From a phage, in sequence record PZ452596.1: a stretch of DNA of 64,000 bases. One strand, given 5' to 3'. The translations under genes were made by a program, and so were the position numbers. The notes below the pieces were generated by a model. That model was not told the DNA's origin and did no database searches. It saw only the letters and a list, made by a program, of their open reading frames with translations. Positions 1 through 13,570 of the stretch are shown here, piece by piece (the stretch's first letter is position 1; the number at the start of each line of letters is the position of its first letter).

Positions 1-100
1 GTACCATCAGACTTTTCAAAAACTACGTTTGAAACACCCATGGACAATTTAGTTTTCAAAATTTCACGAATTGCTACTTTTTGTTCAGTCGTCAGTTTCA
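1..100 (-). CDS. hypothetical protein, N-terminal part only (runs off window start)
   Basis: ATG at 100..98 right after stop of upstream ORF; translation MKLTTEQKVAIREILKTKLSMGVSNVVFEKSDG... Confidence 0.35.
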
Positions 101-101
101 T

Positions 102-338
102 TTATTTACCTATCACAGTTTTAATATGAGTTGTTCCACGTTCTTTAAGAGTGGAAAGCAATTTTTGGCATTTTTCTAAATCAGATTTCCAACTATACGG
201 TCTATCAATACAAACCCAGTTTGACTTATAATACTGCTTCCATTTAGAGAAAAAATACTTCTTATACTCTACAGCAAATGAAATGTTCTCGTTGGAATAA
301 GAACTAATTGCAGTGAGTTGTACCAAACGAAATTTCAT
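102..338 (-). CDS. hypothetical small protein downstream of cd
   Basis: 78-aa ORF tightly packed (start overlaps cd stop); no motif recognised. Confidence 0.45.
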   Translation of the reverse strand: MKFRLVQLTAISSYSNENISFAVEYKKYFFSKWKQYYKSNWVCIDRPYSWKSDLEKCQKLLSTLKERGTTHIKTVIGK

Positions 339-919
339 TATTCACCACAGAATTCGTTGATATTTTCCCAGTTTAACTTATTTAAGTTTTTCTTAGGAAC
401 ATTAAACACTTCAATACCTGCATTTCGCAGAATATCATCCCAGCCAGGTTTATTTTTATCGTATGTTTCACAATAAACTAGCTTTTTAATACCAGATTGA
501 GCTATCGCTTTTGCGCAATCCGGACAAGGAGAAAGTGTTACATACATAGTAGCACCTTCAATAGAAGAACCATTTCGTGCAGCAAACAAAATTGCATTTA
601 GTTCAGCATGAATTTCATTTTTAGATGACCATTCCGAGTGAGCACTACGATGTTCTTTCGCCAAGACAAAACGATCAGTTGAACCAAATGATACGCATTC
701 AGGCTTATGGCCTTGAATGATAGTATGTTTAGGCTTATTCAACAACCATCCTTGCTCAGCAGCATAATCACAACAGTTCACACCCCCTGCGGGTGAACCA
801 TTATACCCAGTAGAAATAATACGTCCATTCTTTTCAATTACTGCTCCTACCTTCCAGGAGCAACATTTTGATTCTTGTGATACTAAATATGCAATTTGAA
901 GTACTGTACTCGCTTTCAT
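338..919 (-). CDS. cd: dCMP deaminase
   Basis: 193 aa; zinc-deaminase motifs (HAELNAI, SPCPDCAKAI); matches T4 Cd by recall. Confidence 0.93.
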   Translation of the reverse strand: MKASTVLQIAYLVSQESKCCSWKVGAVIEKNGRIISTGYNGSPAGGVNCCDYAAEQGWLLNKPKHTIIQGHKPECVSFGSTDRFVLAKEHRSAHSEWSSKNEIHAELNAILFAARNGSSIEGATMYVTLSPCPDCAKAIAQSGIKKLVYCETYDKNKPGWDDILRNAGIEVFNVPKKNLNKLNWENINEFCGE

Positions 920-1254
920 TTCATAATCACCAGATAAGCAGATTTAGCAGTTTCAACACGATAAATTTCGTGACGAAGTTTAGTTATACTTTTAATAACA
1001 GAACTAATTATATTCTGCCCATCTTTAAAGCGGTTTTTCTTATCAATAAAAACTGCGCCAACCATCTTTTTGTGAAGCTCAACTGGATACTTCGTCACAA
1101 TAATAGCATCATACACAGAAGGATGAATACTATTCACCAGAGTATCATTCATTAAAGTTATTCTAATGAACTGTGCTGTTTCAGAATCAAGCGCTCTATG
1201 ATCGCCAGTATCATTTTCAAGACAATTATCAATTATATCAGTTAAATTCATCAT
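916..1254 (-). CDS. hypothetical protein (cd-pseT cluster)
   Basis: 112-aa ORF, stop/start overlap with neighbours. Confidence 0.5.
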   Translation of the reverse strand: MMNLTDIIDNCLENDTGDHRALDSETAQFIRITLMNDTLVNSIHPSVYDAIIVTKYPVELHKKMVGAVFIDKKNRFKDGQNIISSVIKSITKLRHEIYRVETAKSAYLVIMK

Positions 1255-1490
1255 AGTACGCCATACACCCTTTGTGCTTCAACTAATCCATCAAAATCCA
1301 GTTTAAGATGCGATATTTGATCGCCATCACCTGGATTCACAATTACTAATACTGAACGAGGAGTTTCGGTAATAACACGAACCGATGTTTCAGGAAATCG
1401 TTCAGAAACCTTATTTACTAATTCCTGTGCAAATAGTTTAACTTTTTCTTGGAATTCTTTAACAGTAATTGGTTTTTCACTTAGTAGCAT
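1251..1490 (-). CDS. hypothetical protein (cd-pseT cluster)
   Basis: 79-aa ORF, overlapping stop/start. Confidence 0.5.
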   Translation of the reverse strand: MLLSEKPITVKEFQEKVKLFAQELVNKVSERFPETSVRVITETPRSVLVIVNPGDGDQISHLKLDFDGLVEAQRVYGVL

Positions 1491-2011
1491 GTTGATCCCA
1501 GCTCCTTACTTTCAACGTTTTTAACTAATTTGACAGAAACTAATTCAGCATCTTGGGTAATCATTACCGGACCTTCTTCATACTCTTCAAGATATTCTAG
1601 AGCTTTCTTTTTAGCTTCTTCCTTCGTATCAGTTTGAGCATAGATATAGAACATACAACCAGTAATACCTACTACTTTCCACTTAATTTCTTTATCAGTT
1701 TTAATTTCAAATTTACTTACAGAATCATCTTTTTGAACTTCTTCGAAAAAAGAATATTCTAACATATAAGCAATTGAAAATAACGGGCTAACTTTATAGG
1801 ATTCACCCATTACATCAACAGCTTTATACCAACAATCATCAATTTCGCGTTTAATGCTAATAACATTTTTCGCAGGATCTATTTTTACTTTAAATGAATT
1901 TTCCCCAATAAACTGGGCAATTCGTTTATTAGCCCCGCAAGTTTCATTAAAAATATCTTTATATCCAGCTTTAAAGCGATAAACCTTATCTTCTTCAAAC
2001 CATTCGCTCAT
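1481..2011 (-). CDS. hypothetical protein (cd-pseT cluster)
   Basis: 176-aa ORF preceded by early-promoter-like element. Confidence 0.55.
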   Translation of the reverse strand: MSEWFEEDKVYRFKAGYKDIFNETCGANKRIAQFIGENSFKVKIDPAKNVISIKREIDDCWYKAVDVMGESYKVSPLFSIAYMLEYSFFEEVQKDDSVSKFEIKTDKEIKWKVVGITGCMFYIYAQTDTKEEAKKKALEYLEEYEEGPVMITQDAELVSVKLVKNVESKELGSTCY

Positions 2012-2034
2012 TTCAATTTCCTCATTTGTTTTGG

Positions 2035-2075
2035 TAGAGCTATAATATCACAACTCTACCGTAAAGTAAACCATT
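2035..2075 (-). promoter_or_regulatory. early (sigma-70 type) promoter candidate
   Basis: minus strand GTTTAC -17- ATATTAT; flanked by inverted repeat GGTAGAG/CTCTACC. Confidence 0.4.
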
Positions 2076-2349
2076 AAATCGCTTTGAATTCCGCAGTTTG
2101 AGATTCAAAACGAATGTCGCCTTTGATAACTAGCTCAGCATCAAGACCAAATACGACAATGATATGCGCGGAACCTGGATACAACGTGATGGCAACAGAA
2201 TCCACCTGGTCTGGAAGCAAAGTATTCAATACATGAGTCACTTGAGCGTGGATTCGAAGCTCAGCTGCATTATCAAGTTTTTCAAACATATTATTAGCGA
2301 TAATTTGGCTAAACACTACTTCTACGATTTTAGAGTAAGTCGGAAACAT
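2074..2349 (-). CDS. hypothetical protein (cd-pseT cluster)
   Basis: 91-aa ORF. Confidence 0.5.
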   Translation of the reverse strand: MFPTYSKIVEVVFSQIIANNMFEKLDNAAELRIHAQVTHVLNTLLPDQVDSVAITLYPGSAHIIVVFGLDAELVIKGDIRFESQTAEFKAI

Positions 2350-2413
2350 ATTTACCTCACATAATTTTCTTCAAGCCAATTAATAATATCCCAAGTTTCA
2401 TGGTGCAAAGCCA

Positions 2414-3614
<1,201 letters not shown>

Positions 3615-3618
<4 letters not shown>

Positions 3619-3851
3619 TTATTTTTCTCAACCAATGATTGAATATAATCATGCAGGTCTTTAGATGCTTTACCCCACTTATTTTGATATTCATTTTTGA
3701 GATTAGCACGTGATTGAGCTAATAAAACATCATTAGTTGGAGGTAAAGATTCTAATCGTTGAATCTGGCGACCATAAATCATTGCAGCCATCTCGGATTC
3801 ATAAATCAATTCTTTGAGATGTTCAAATTGATGCCATGAAATCATTTGCAT
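3615..3851 (-). CDS. hypothetical protein (pseT-alc cluster)
   Basis: 78-aa ORF. Confidence 0.5.
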
Positions 3852-4141
3852 TTATCCTCTTTTAGCTCTTGACGATAATAACATATCATAGTTTTCTGGT
3901 CATGTACATATCGTTTTACATCATTAAGCCAAATACGAAATTCCTGGGAATCTTCAAATGGCATACCGACCCAAGCTTTACCATCAATAACTTTAACTTG
4001 CCAAGATAGTTTAGCTTCGTCATATGACTTTATCTGTACAGGCCAATTAGGATGAACTGTTTCTTTCTTTACTTCTAGAGGCTTTGTCGAACAACCAACT
4101 AGAAGACCAATAGATAATATTACTGCTGATAGTTTAATCAT
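3842..4141 (-). CDS. predicted lipoprotein
   Basis: N-terminus MIKLSAVILSIGLLVGCS: signal peptide with lipobox L-V-G-C. Confidence 0.5.
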   Translation of the reverse strand: MIKLSAVILSIGLLVGCSTKPLEVKKETVHPNWPVQIKSYDEAKLSWQVKVIDGKAWVGMPFEDSQEFRIWLNDVKRYVHDQKTMICYYRQELKEDKCK

Positions 4142-4491
4142 TTAGAAAGGTCCTGGATGTCTTCTGCGAACTTGTTGAAGGAGTTGTTGATTTGTTTTTC
4201 AACCAATCCTGGCTTATGAGCCACCACATCCGCCTTCTTTGCGTCTTTGCGCAGTTTTTCATTTTCACGCTCAATAGCAGCAATTGCCTCACGATTTTTA
4301 TTATTCATCGCATCAATATAATTATACTGAATTCGCAAATTATTTAATGCTAAGGCGTTTTCATTGGCCGTTTTTGTAATTTCAGTAACTGATGTTTCTA
4401 ATCTTTCTACCTTATTTTTTAAAATAATAGATGTTCCGCCAAATGCTATTACAAGTAATAGCAATCCAGCTGTAAAATTACTTACATGCAT
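4138..4491 (-). CDS. hypothetical membrane-anchored protein
   Basis: 117 aa; N-terminal hydrophobic helix then charged, coiled-coil-like region. Confidence 0.5.
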   Translation of the reverse strand: MHVSNFTAGLLLLVIAFGGTSIILKNKVERLETSVTEITKTANENALALNNLRIQYNYIDAMNNKNREAIAAIERENEKLRKDAKKADVVAHKPGLVEKQINNSFNKFAEDIQDLSK

Positions 4492-4988
4492 AAAGTTTTA
4501 ATAACCTCTATAATATCGTCTTGAGAAAGACCGTTAATTAAAATATGATGTTCAGCTGGAGATTTAGAAATTTTAAAGCATGCCTCAACATCTTCTGCCA
4601 TATCCGATGCACTACGATTTGGATTACTAATTCCAAGGCGGTGTTTTCCCGTCAAAGGATTAACGATGATATAGCATTTGCAGCTATTGATATGAACATT
4701 AGGCTGAGTCTGATTAATGAACACTTCACAATCATACTTAGCGAGTTGATTTTCTAAAAAGACTTTCATTTCCTCAACCGCATCAGGAAGCATATCACGG
4801 GCTTGCTCAAGACGACGATTTCGATATTCTTTAATGGTCGTTTTCCGCTTGACTTGCTTTGCTAAATCTTTCTTAAGATCGGTGATATATCCAACTCGAC
4901 GATTTCCTTTGAATACAGAAATCCCATCTGTAGTATCACCGTATGCTTCAACGACCATTTCAGTAGTAATAAGCTGTAAATCCATCAT
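4482..4988 (-). CDS. alc: Alc, inhibitor of host transcription
   Basis: 168-aa ORF between pseT and rnlA, matches T4 Alc size and position. Confidence 0.85.
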   Translation of the reverse strand: MMDLQLITTEMVVEAYGDTTDGISVFKGNRRVGYITDLKKDLAKQVKRKTTIKEYRNRRLEQARDMLPDAVEEMKVFLENQLAKYDCEVFINQTQPNVHINSCKCYIIVNPLTGKHRLGISNPNRSASDMAEDVEACFKISKSPAEHHILINGLSQDDIIEVIKTLCM

Positions 4989-4994
4989 AAAGTC

Positions 4995-5049
4995 CTCATG
5001 TTATGTCAGTAAGTCTACTATAACACAACACGAGGGACTTGTAAACAGC

Positions 5050-5050
<1 letters not shown>
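4995..5050 (-). promoter_or_regulatory. early promoter candidate upstream of alc
   Basis: minus strand GTTTAC -18- TATAGT. Confidence 0.4.
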
Positions 5051-6637
<1,587 letters not shown>

Positions 6638-6664
6638 AATAAAATGGGCCTTGCGGCCCACTCC

Positions 6665-7843
6665 TTAAAAGTATTTTTTAAAACTCATCATAACTTTATC
6701 ATCAACATCATTATCAATCTGTGCAACAAGATAAGATGACAGTTCTACTTCTTGTGGCGCGGATTGAACATTATCAGAATTAAGATATTCACGAATCCAA
6801 GGATATGGATGTTTAACCGGAGCATCGGTAATTGGGCATGGAAGACCGCACTGTTTCATACGAGATACAGTTAAGTAATCAATAAAGCTCCACATGCTAT
6901 TTGTATTTAATCCAGGAACATCGCCATCTTTAAATAAATGAACTGCCCAATCTTTTTCTTGGCGGTTAACTTCCATGAAAATATCAACTGCTTCTTGTTC
7001 ACACTCTTGAGCAATTTTAACCCATTGATCGCCATCAGTACCAGATTGAAGTTGACGAATAATATATTGGGTGCCTTTAAGGTGAAGCTGTTCATCGCGT
7101 GCAATGAACTTCATAATCTTGGCATTACCTTCCATGATTTCCATGTTCTTATGGAAGTTAAAGGTACATGCGAAAGATACATAAAAACGAATAGCTTCCA
7201 ATGCGTTGATTACATGCAAACAGAGGTAAAGAGATTTCATTAGCTCACGCTTCCAATATGTCTCATGCTCAATAGCATCTTCAATAACGTCTTCGTCTGC
7301 ATTAATTTCTTTTTGGTATTCGATATCAGCTTTAGCGTTTTCCCAATAACGAGTTTTAATCAGAACATCATCATAATAACGTCCAATGGATTCAGCACGT
7401 TTCATAATAGCTTCATCTAATACAATTTCATCAAATACCTTCGATGGATCAGTATAAAGATTTCGCATGATATGTGTATATGAACGGCTGTGAATAGTTT
7501 CACTAAAAGTCCATGTAGCAACCCATGTATCAAGGCTTGGGTCTGAAATTAATGACATAAGTACAGCAGACGGTGCACGTCCCTGAATGCTATCTAGAAG
7601 TGATTGATACTTCAAGTTATTAGTAAAAATATCTTGCTGATACTGAGGAAGCTTGTTAAATTGTGCAGCATCCATCATTAAGTTTACTTCTTCAGGCCGC
7701 CAGAAAAATGACAATTGCTTTTCGGTTAAATCTTCAAAAACTTTATGACGTTGAATATCATAACGCGCAATACCAAGACCTGAACCGAAGAACATAGGTT
7801 CTTTTAAAACATCAACTGGATTTGTATTAAAAACTGTGCTCAT
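6665..7843 (-). CDS. nrdB: ribonucleotide reductase small subunit
   Basis: 392 aa, uninterrupted (no group I intron, unlike T4 nrdB). Confidence 0.93.
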   Translation of the reverse strand: MSTVFNTNPVDVLKEPMFFGSGLGIARYDIQRHKVFEDLTEKQLSFFWRPEEVNLMMDAAQFNKLPQYQQDIFTNNLKYQSLLDSIQGRAPSAVLMSLISDPSLDTWVATWTFSETIHSRSYTHIMRNLYTDPSKVFDEIVLDEAIMKRAESIGRYYDDVLIKTRYWENAKADIEYQKEINADEDVIEDAIEHETYWKRELMKSLYLCLHVINALEAIRFYVSFACTFNFHKNMEIMEGNAKIMKFIARDEQLHLKGTQYIIRQLQSGTDGDQWVKIAQECEQEAVDIFMEVNRQEKDWAVHLFKDGDVPGLNTNSMWSFIDYLTVSRMKQCGLPCPITDAPVKHPYPWIREYLNSDNVQSAPQEVELSSYLVAQIDNDVDDKVMMSFKKYF

Positions 7844-7894
7844 AAATTTTCCACTTAGTTAATAGATAGTGACTCGTCCGTGAGTCAAATTATA

Positions 7895-10159
7895 TCATAA
7901 TTTACAGGATGAACAATCTTCAGCTTTTGGAGTTTCTATTTCATAATCATCAGTACCAGAACCATCACGGGTATTATGATAATAGAAATTTTTTCCGCCA
8001 AAATACCAAAAATACAAAAGGTCATCAATCATTATTGACATTGGAACCTTGCCTTTAGGGAAGATTTGGGGGTCATAATATGTATTCGCTGAAGCTGATT
8101 GACATACCCATTTCAGCATAATAGCTACCTGCGTAAGATAAGGTTTATTACCTTTCTTAGCTAATTTCCATGTATAATCATAGAGGTCTATGTTATGCTC
8201 AATATTGGGCACGACTTGATTAAAGGAGCCCTCTTTTGATTCTTTAACAGAGACTGGTCCACGTGGAGGCTCGATACCGTTTGTACTGTTAGAAACTTGG
8301 GAAGATGACTCACATGGCATAAGTGCTGATAATGTGCTATTACGGATGCCAAAGAGCTTAAGGTCTTCCCGCAGCGACGACCAGTCACAAACGTATTTTG
8401 GAGCTGCGATTTGGTCAATCTTTTTATTGTACCAGTCGATAGGTAATTCGCCTCGAGACCAACGAGTGTCTGAATAATATTCACAAGGTCCTTTTTCTTT
8501 GGCGAGCTTAATGGATGCTTTAATGAGTCCATACTGTAATCTCTCAAATAGTTCATGCGTTAAATCGTTAGCATCTTCATAAGAAGCAAAGTTACTTGCC
8601 AGCCAAGCTGCATAGTTAGTAACACCTACACCGAGGTTACGACGCTTTTTAGCTTTTTCTGCTTCAGGAACTGGATATCCTTGGTAATCCAAAAGATTAT
8701 CAAGAGCACGAACTTGGACTTCTGCCAATTCATTAATTTTATCTTGGTCTTGCCAGTCAAAATTATCTAGTACGAATGCAGATAACGTGCACAAGCCAAT
8801 TTCAGCATCAGGACTATTCACATCATTTGTTGGAATAGCAATTTCACAGCACAAGTTACTCTGACGAATAGGTGCCTTTTCACGAATAAACGGAGTATAG
8901 TTATTCGTATTATCAATGAACTGTACATAAATCCTTGCTGTTCCTGAACGTTCAGTCATGAGCAATTCAAATAGTTCACGGGCTTTAATACGCTTTTTAC
9001 GAATATTAGGGTCTTTTTCTGCTGCTTCATATAATTCACGGAAACGGTCTTGGTCTTTAAAATAAGAATAATAAAGCTCGCCACCCATTTCATGCGGACT
9101 GAACAAAGTAATGTAATCGTTCTTTCCGAATCGTTCCATCATCAAATCATTCAGTTGAACACCATAATCCATATGACGAATGCGGTTTTCTTCTACGCCT
9201 TTGTTATTTTTCAAAACGAGAAGATTTTCAACTTCCAAATGCCAAATAGGATAATAAGCAGTAGCAGCGCCGCCACGAATTCCACCCTGTGAACATGATT
9301 TAACTGCAGTCTGAAAATGTTTCCAAAAAGGAATAACACCAGTATGGCGTACTTCACCCATGCCAATCTTAGAACCTTCGGCACGAATCATACCAACGTT
9401 AATACCAATTCCAGCGCGTTTAGAGATATATTCTACAATCGAAGCGGAAGCCTTATTGATAGACTTTAATGAATCACCTGCCTCAATAACAACACATGAA
9501 CTAAACTGTCGAGTCGGAGTACGGCAACCAGCCATAATAGGAGTTGGCAATGAAATCTGTCGAGTAGATACTGCTTCATAAAAACGGATAACATGTTTTA
9601 ATCTATCAACAGGTTCATCTTGATGCAATGCCATTCCAATAGTCATAAATGCAAACTGCGGAGTTTCATAAATTTGACCAGTGGTTTTATCTTTAACTAG
9701 ATATTTTTCTTTTAATTGCATCGCTCCGGAATAAGTAAATTCCATATCCCTCTCGTGCTTAATTTTTGATTCTAAAAATGTAATTTCTTCTGCTGAATAT
9801 TTTGACAATAATTCAGGGTCGTATTTACCTTCATTTACGCAGTAAGAAATATGGTCAATAAATGAACGTGGTTCATATTGTCCGTAAACATGCTTACGAA
9901 GAGCAAACATTAAACAGCGTGCAGCTACGTATTGATAATCAGGCTCTTCAACTGAAATAGAATTCGCAGCAGCCTTAATTACAATGGTTTGAATGTCATC
10001 AGTGGTCATTCCATCACGGAGATATGATTTAATATTTTCATATAATTCATAAGGATCTACAGATGTTCCTTCAGCTGCCCAAGATAAAACTTTAATAATT
10101 TTTTGCGGGTCAAAGCTCTGAGAAACACCACTACTTTTGATAACATTAATTAATTGCAT
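7895..10159 (-). CDS. nrdA: ribonucleotide reductase large subunit
   Basis: 754 aa, same length as T4 NrdA. Confidence 0.95.
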   Translation of the reverse strand: MQLINVIKSSGVSQSFDPQKIIKVLSWAAEGTSVDPYELYENIKSYLRDGMTTDDIQTIVIKAAANSISVEEPDYQYVAARCLMFALRKHVYGQYEPRSFIDHISYCVNEGKYDPELLSKYSAEEITFLESKIKHERDMEFTYSGAMQLKEKYLVKDKTTGQIYETPQFAFMTIGMALHQDEPVDRLKHVIRFYEAVSTRQISLPTPIMAGCRTPTRQFSSCVVIEAGDSLKSINKASASIVEYISKRAGIGINVGMIRAEGSKIGMGEVRHTGVIPFWKHFQTAVKSCSQGGIRGGAATAYYPIWHLEVENLLVLKNNKGVEENRIRHMDYGVQLNDLMMERFGKNDYITLFSPHEMGGELYYSYFKDQDRFRELYEAAEKDPNIRKKRIKARELFELLMTERSGTARIYVQFIDNTNNYTPFIREKAPIRQSNLCCEIAIPTNDVNSPDAEIGLCTLSAFVLDNFDWQDQDKINELAEVQVRALDNLLDYQGYPVPEAEKAKKRRNLGVGVTNYAAWLASNFASYEDANDLTHELFERLQYGLIKASIKLAKEKGPCEYYSDTRWSRGELPIDWYNKKIDQIAAPKYVCDWSSLREDLKLFGIRNSTLSALMPCESSSQVSNSTNGIEPPRGPVSVKESKEGSFNQVVPNIEHNIDLYDYTWKLAKKGNKPYLTQVAIMLKWVCQSASANTYYDPQIFPKGKVPMSIMIDDLLYFWYFGGKNFYYHNTRDGSGTDDYEIETPKAEDCSSCKL

Positions 10160-10476
10160 AAGTCCTCAACTTGAAAATCGTCTTTAAACAATCGGTTAAC
10201 TATATGAGCTATTATATCACCATGACACGGCTTTGGTTTACATGTGCATCCTAGCCTCATTCCACGTAAAGGCTCTAAATGTGCTTTAGTTATTTCTCCG
10301 GATTTAATTCGACGTATAAAATCTTTTTTGAATAATTCAATGGCAGCCTCCCGGCTGCCAGCATCTTTACCGACGTAATTTCCCCAAAATGTACCGCGGT
10401 GAATATTAACATCAAAGTCGGATTTATATTTATTCACTACCTGGCATAGACGGCCCGCGCGGTGATAATTCGTCAT
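10150..10476 (-). CDS. hypothetical protein (nrdA.1 position)
   Basis: 108-aa ORF immediately downstream of nrdA. Confidence 0.55.
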   Translation of the reverse strand: MTNYHRAGRLCQVVNKYKSDFDVNIHRGTFWGNYVGKDAGSREAAIELFKKDFIRRIKSGEITKAHLEPLRGMRLGCTCKPKPCHGDIIAHIVNRLFKDDFQVEDLCN

Positions 10477-10705
10477 ATTGTTTTTCCGTTAAAACAGTAA
10501 TATCATAGTAACAATCTGAAGAAGTTTTAACTGTAGAAATTTTATTATCAAAATACTCACGAGTCATTTTATGAGTATAATATTTTTTGCCATAAATGAT
10601 AATAGGCTGATTTGGTCCTGGAACTTCTAACTCGCTTGGATTAGGAAGTGTAAAAAGAACGACACCAGAAGTATCTTTAAATCGTAAAATCATATATCCT
10701 CGCAA
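10430..10705 (-). CDS. hypothetical protein (nrdA.2 position)
   Basis: 91-aa ORF; start uncertain, overlaps previous ORF. Confidence 0.45.
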   Translation of the reverse strand: MRGYMILRFKDTSGVVLFTLPNPSELEVPGPNQPIIIYGKKYYTHKMTREYFDNKISTVKTSSDCYYDITVLTEKQYDELSPRGPSMPGSE

Positions 10706-10716
10706 TTAAATTAAAA

Positions 10717-11577
10717 TTATACCGCCATTTTTCCTTTCAAGACACCGTGGGACTGATAATCTTTGAGAACGAAATCTTTAGGCCTGAGTTTAAGAATGTA
10801 TTCCAATTGTTCTTTAGTAGAAAGATAGCGGAATTTATAAGGCAATCCGCCTATTACCAGTTCACAAAGCTCTTTAGGTTCACGACGTAAAATTTCTTTA
10901 CATTGTTCTACGTGATTCATATAGATATGAGTATTACCGCCAGAAAATATCAAATCTCCAGGAATAAGATTACACATCTTAGCTACAATATGAACTAACG
11001 CAGCATATGATGCAATATTAAATGGAAGGCCGAGAAAAACATCTACTGATCGTTGATACCACTGCAAATCTAAATAGCCATTACGCACATTAAACTGATA
11101 GAACACATGACAAGGCGGTAATGCCATATATTTAAGTTCAGCTGGATTCCACGCAGAAACAATTTGACGCCTATCATTTGGCAGTTTTTTAATACGATCA
11201 ACAACTTCTATAATTTGGTCTACACCGCCAAAATCACGCCACTGTTTTCCATAAATTGGACCAAGTTCACCGCTATGGTATCCTAAATCTTTTGCTTGAT
11301 TTTCGTAATTTTCATCCCAGACTGTTTTGCCTTGAATTAATGAATCATGTTGAATTAATCGTAAATCATTGACATTTGTGCTTCCTGATAAAAACCAAAG
11401 CAGCTCAGCAATGCAAGCTTTCCAGGCGAGCTTCTTAGTTGTTACCGCAGGAAAACCTTTAGTTAAATCCCAGCGCAATTTAGTACCGAACAAAGCAATT
11501 GTTCCTGTGCCTGTTCGGTCATCGGTTTCATAGCCATTTTCAAAAATGTCTTTAATTAAATCTTGGTATTGTTTCAT
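10717..11577 (-). CDS. td: thymidylate synthase
   Basis: 286 aa, ThyA active-site region ALPPCH; uninterrupted (no td intron or I-TevI). Confidence 0.95.
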   Translation of the reverse strand: MKQYQDLIKDIFENGYETDDRTGTGTIALFGTKLRWDLTKGFPAVTTKKLAWKACIAELLWFLSGSTNVNDLRLIQHDSLIQGKTVWDENYENQAKDLGYHSGELGPIYGKQWRDFGGVDQIIEVVDRIKKLPNDRRQIVSAWNPAELKYMALPPCHVFYQFNVRNGYLDLQWYQRSVDVFLGLPFNIASYAALVHIVAKMCNLIPGDLIFSGGNTHIYMNHVEQCKEILRREPKELCELVIGGLPYKFRYLSTKEQLEYILKLRPKDFVLKDYQSHGVLKGKMAV

Positions 11578-11622
11578 TTAGTACCTTATATAAATTATAA
11601 TACATTTTATGGAGCTAAATAA

Positions 11623-11982
11623 TCAATACGGTTTAGCATCAAATTTTCTTTCGATTTCAGGAGTGAAATATAATTCTTTACCGCGTTTAGAAAAGCGACC
11701 AATAATATGATAATTATTCTCATCAAACGTAATATTGCCAATATCCATGGCTTTCAACCAAATATCGATATTTCTATCCAGTTTTATATCAAAATTCCAA
11801 TACGGAGAACTATTACCGAAAATACTGCAAGCGGATTCAGTGAAACAACTACTATAAATCTTGTCTTTAGGAACTACTAATTGATAGACGCCTTTAATAA
11901 ACTGAGGACCCTGCCATTTTGGTTGTTTCGCGTCTTTTTCTAATAGAATAGGGTAATAATTAAAGTTCATATTTTCCGCCAC
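11623..11982 (-). CDS. hypothetical protein inserted between frd and td
   Basis: 119-aa ORF (MAENMNFNYYPILLEKD...) with its own spacing; no motif recognised. Confidence 0.5.
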   Translation of the reverse strand: MAENMNFNYYPILLEKDAKQPKWQGPQFIKGVYQLVVPKDKIYSSCFTESACSIFGNSSPYWNFDIKLDRNIDIWLKAMDIGNITFDENNYHIIGRFSKRGKELYFTPEIERKFDAKPY

Positions 11983-11990
11983 GCGTTATT

Positions 11991-12813
<823 letters not shown>

Positions 12814-12829
<16 letters not shown>

Positions 12830-13173
12830 TGAAAGGGGCCAGAAGCAAATCCGCTATCTTTAATCATTTTAACTAAAGTTACCATTCCTCTGTTAACTGC
12901 TTGTGAGATTTCATCAAAAACTTCATCACTATCACCATAAAGATCGCTAAAAAGTTCTAACACGTTCTTCTGAACTTTTAATTTACAGCCAACAAATTCG
13001 CCTACAGTAAATTCGTTTCCGCCAACTCCAGCGTAAAACGTAATTACACCAGTTAATGGTCTTTCACTAGAACATAGGTCGTGTGATAAATTAATATAAG
13101 CCGTCCCGGGTGCAGTTTTAAGTTGGCAACGAATACTTACTCGAGCAATTCCAGCTACACGAATGTCAGACAT
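12814..13173 (-). CDS. hypothetical protein (frd-32 cluster)
   Basis: 119-aa ORF. Confidence 0.5.
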
Positions 13174-13183
13174 ATTATTTTCC

Positions 13184-13426
13184 TCAAATAGACTTTTTCA
13201 CAATTTTCCAATCAGCTTTAAACTGCTCGACGTCAGAATGGTAAATCCAAAATCCTGCGCTTTCTCCATCCTCATAAAGAGGGCATCCATCACATTCATC
13301 TTCCCACCCCATATCGCGTAAAAGGTGTTCAGCTTTTTCAACAAGTTCAGAATCTTTACCGATGATATTAAAATACCATTTACCTCTAACTTCTGAATCT
13401 TTGATACTCTGACGTTGTAATCTCAT
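13184..13426 (-). CDS. hypothetical protein (frd-32 cluster)
   Basis: 80-aa ORF with CDGC motif. Confidence 0.5.
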   Translation of the reverse strand: MRLQRQSIKDSEVRGKWYFNIIGKDSELVEKAEHLLRDMGWEDECDGCPLYEDGESAGFWIYHSDVEQFKADWKIVKKSI

Positions 13427-13514
13427 TTTATTCTCCTTAGCAAGCTTTAATCAAAAGATATAAACAGACCAACATAACTGCTGCCATAATATAAGGTGCG
13501 AACATTTTCTTTTC

Positions 13515-13570
13515 TCCATTAGTTTTGATAGGGTAATAGTATCACACTACTACCCTGTTGTAAACAATTA
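13515..13570 (-). promoter_or_regulatory. early promoter candidate
   Basis: minus strand TGTTTAC followed by -10-like element; member of dispersed repeat family. Confidence 0.4.

Noticed and set aside
7861-7894. sigma-70-like TTGACT element between nrdA and nrdB
   Set aside because: On the minus strand the -10-like and -35-like elements are in the wrong order; more likely a small hairpin (TGACTC/GAGTCA) in the nrdA-nrdB mRNA.
8188-9581. Antisense or internal ORFs within nrdA (8188-8556, 9050-9292, 9360-9581)
   Set aside because: Embedded in the conserved 754-aa nrdA ORF; no SD or promoter support.
6665-11577. Group I introns and I-Tev homing endonucleases in nrdB and td
   Set aside because: Both genes are uninterrupted ORFs of full expected length.
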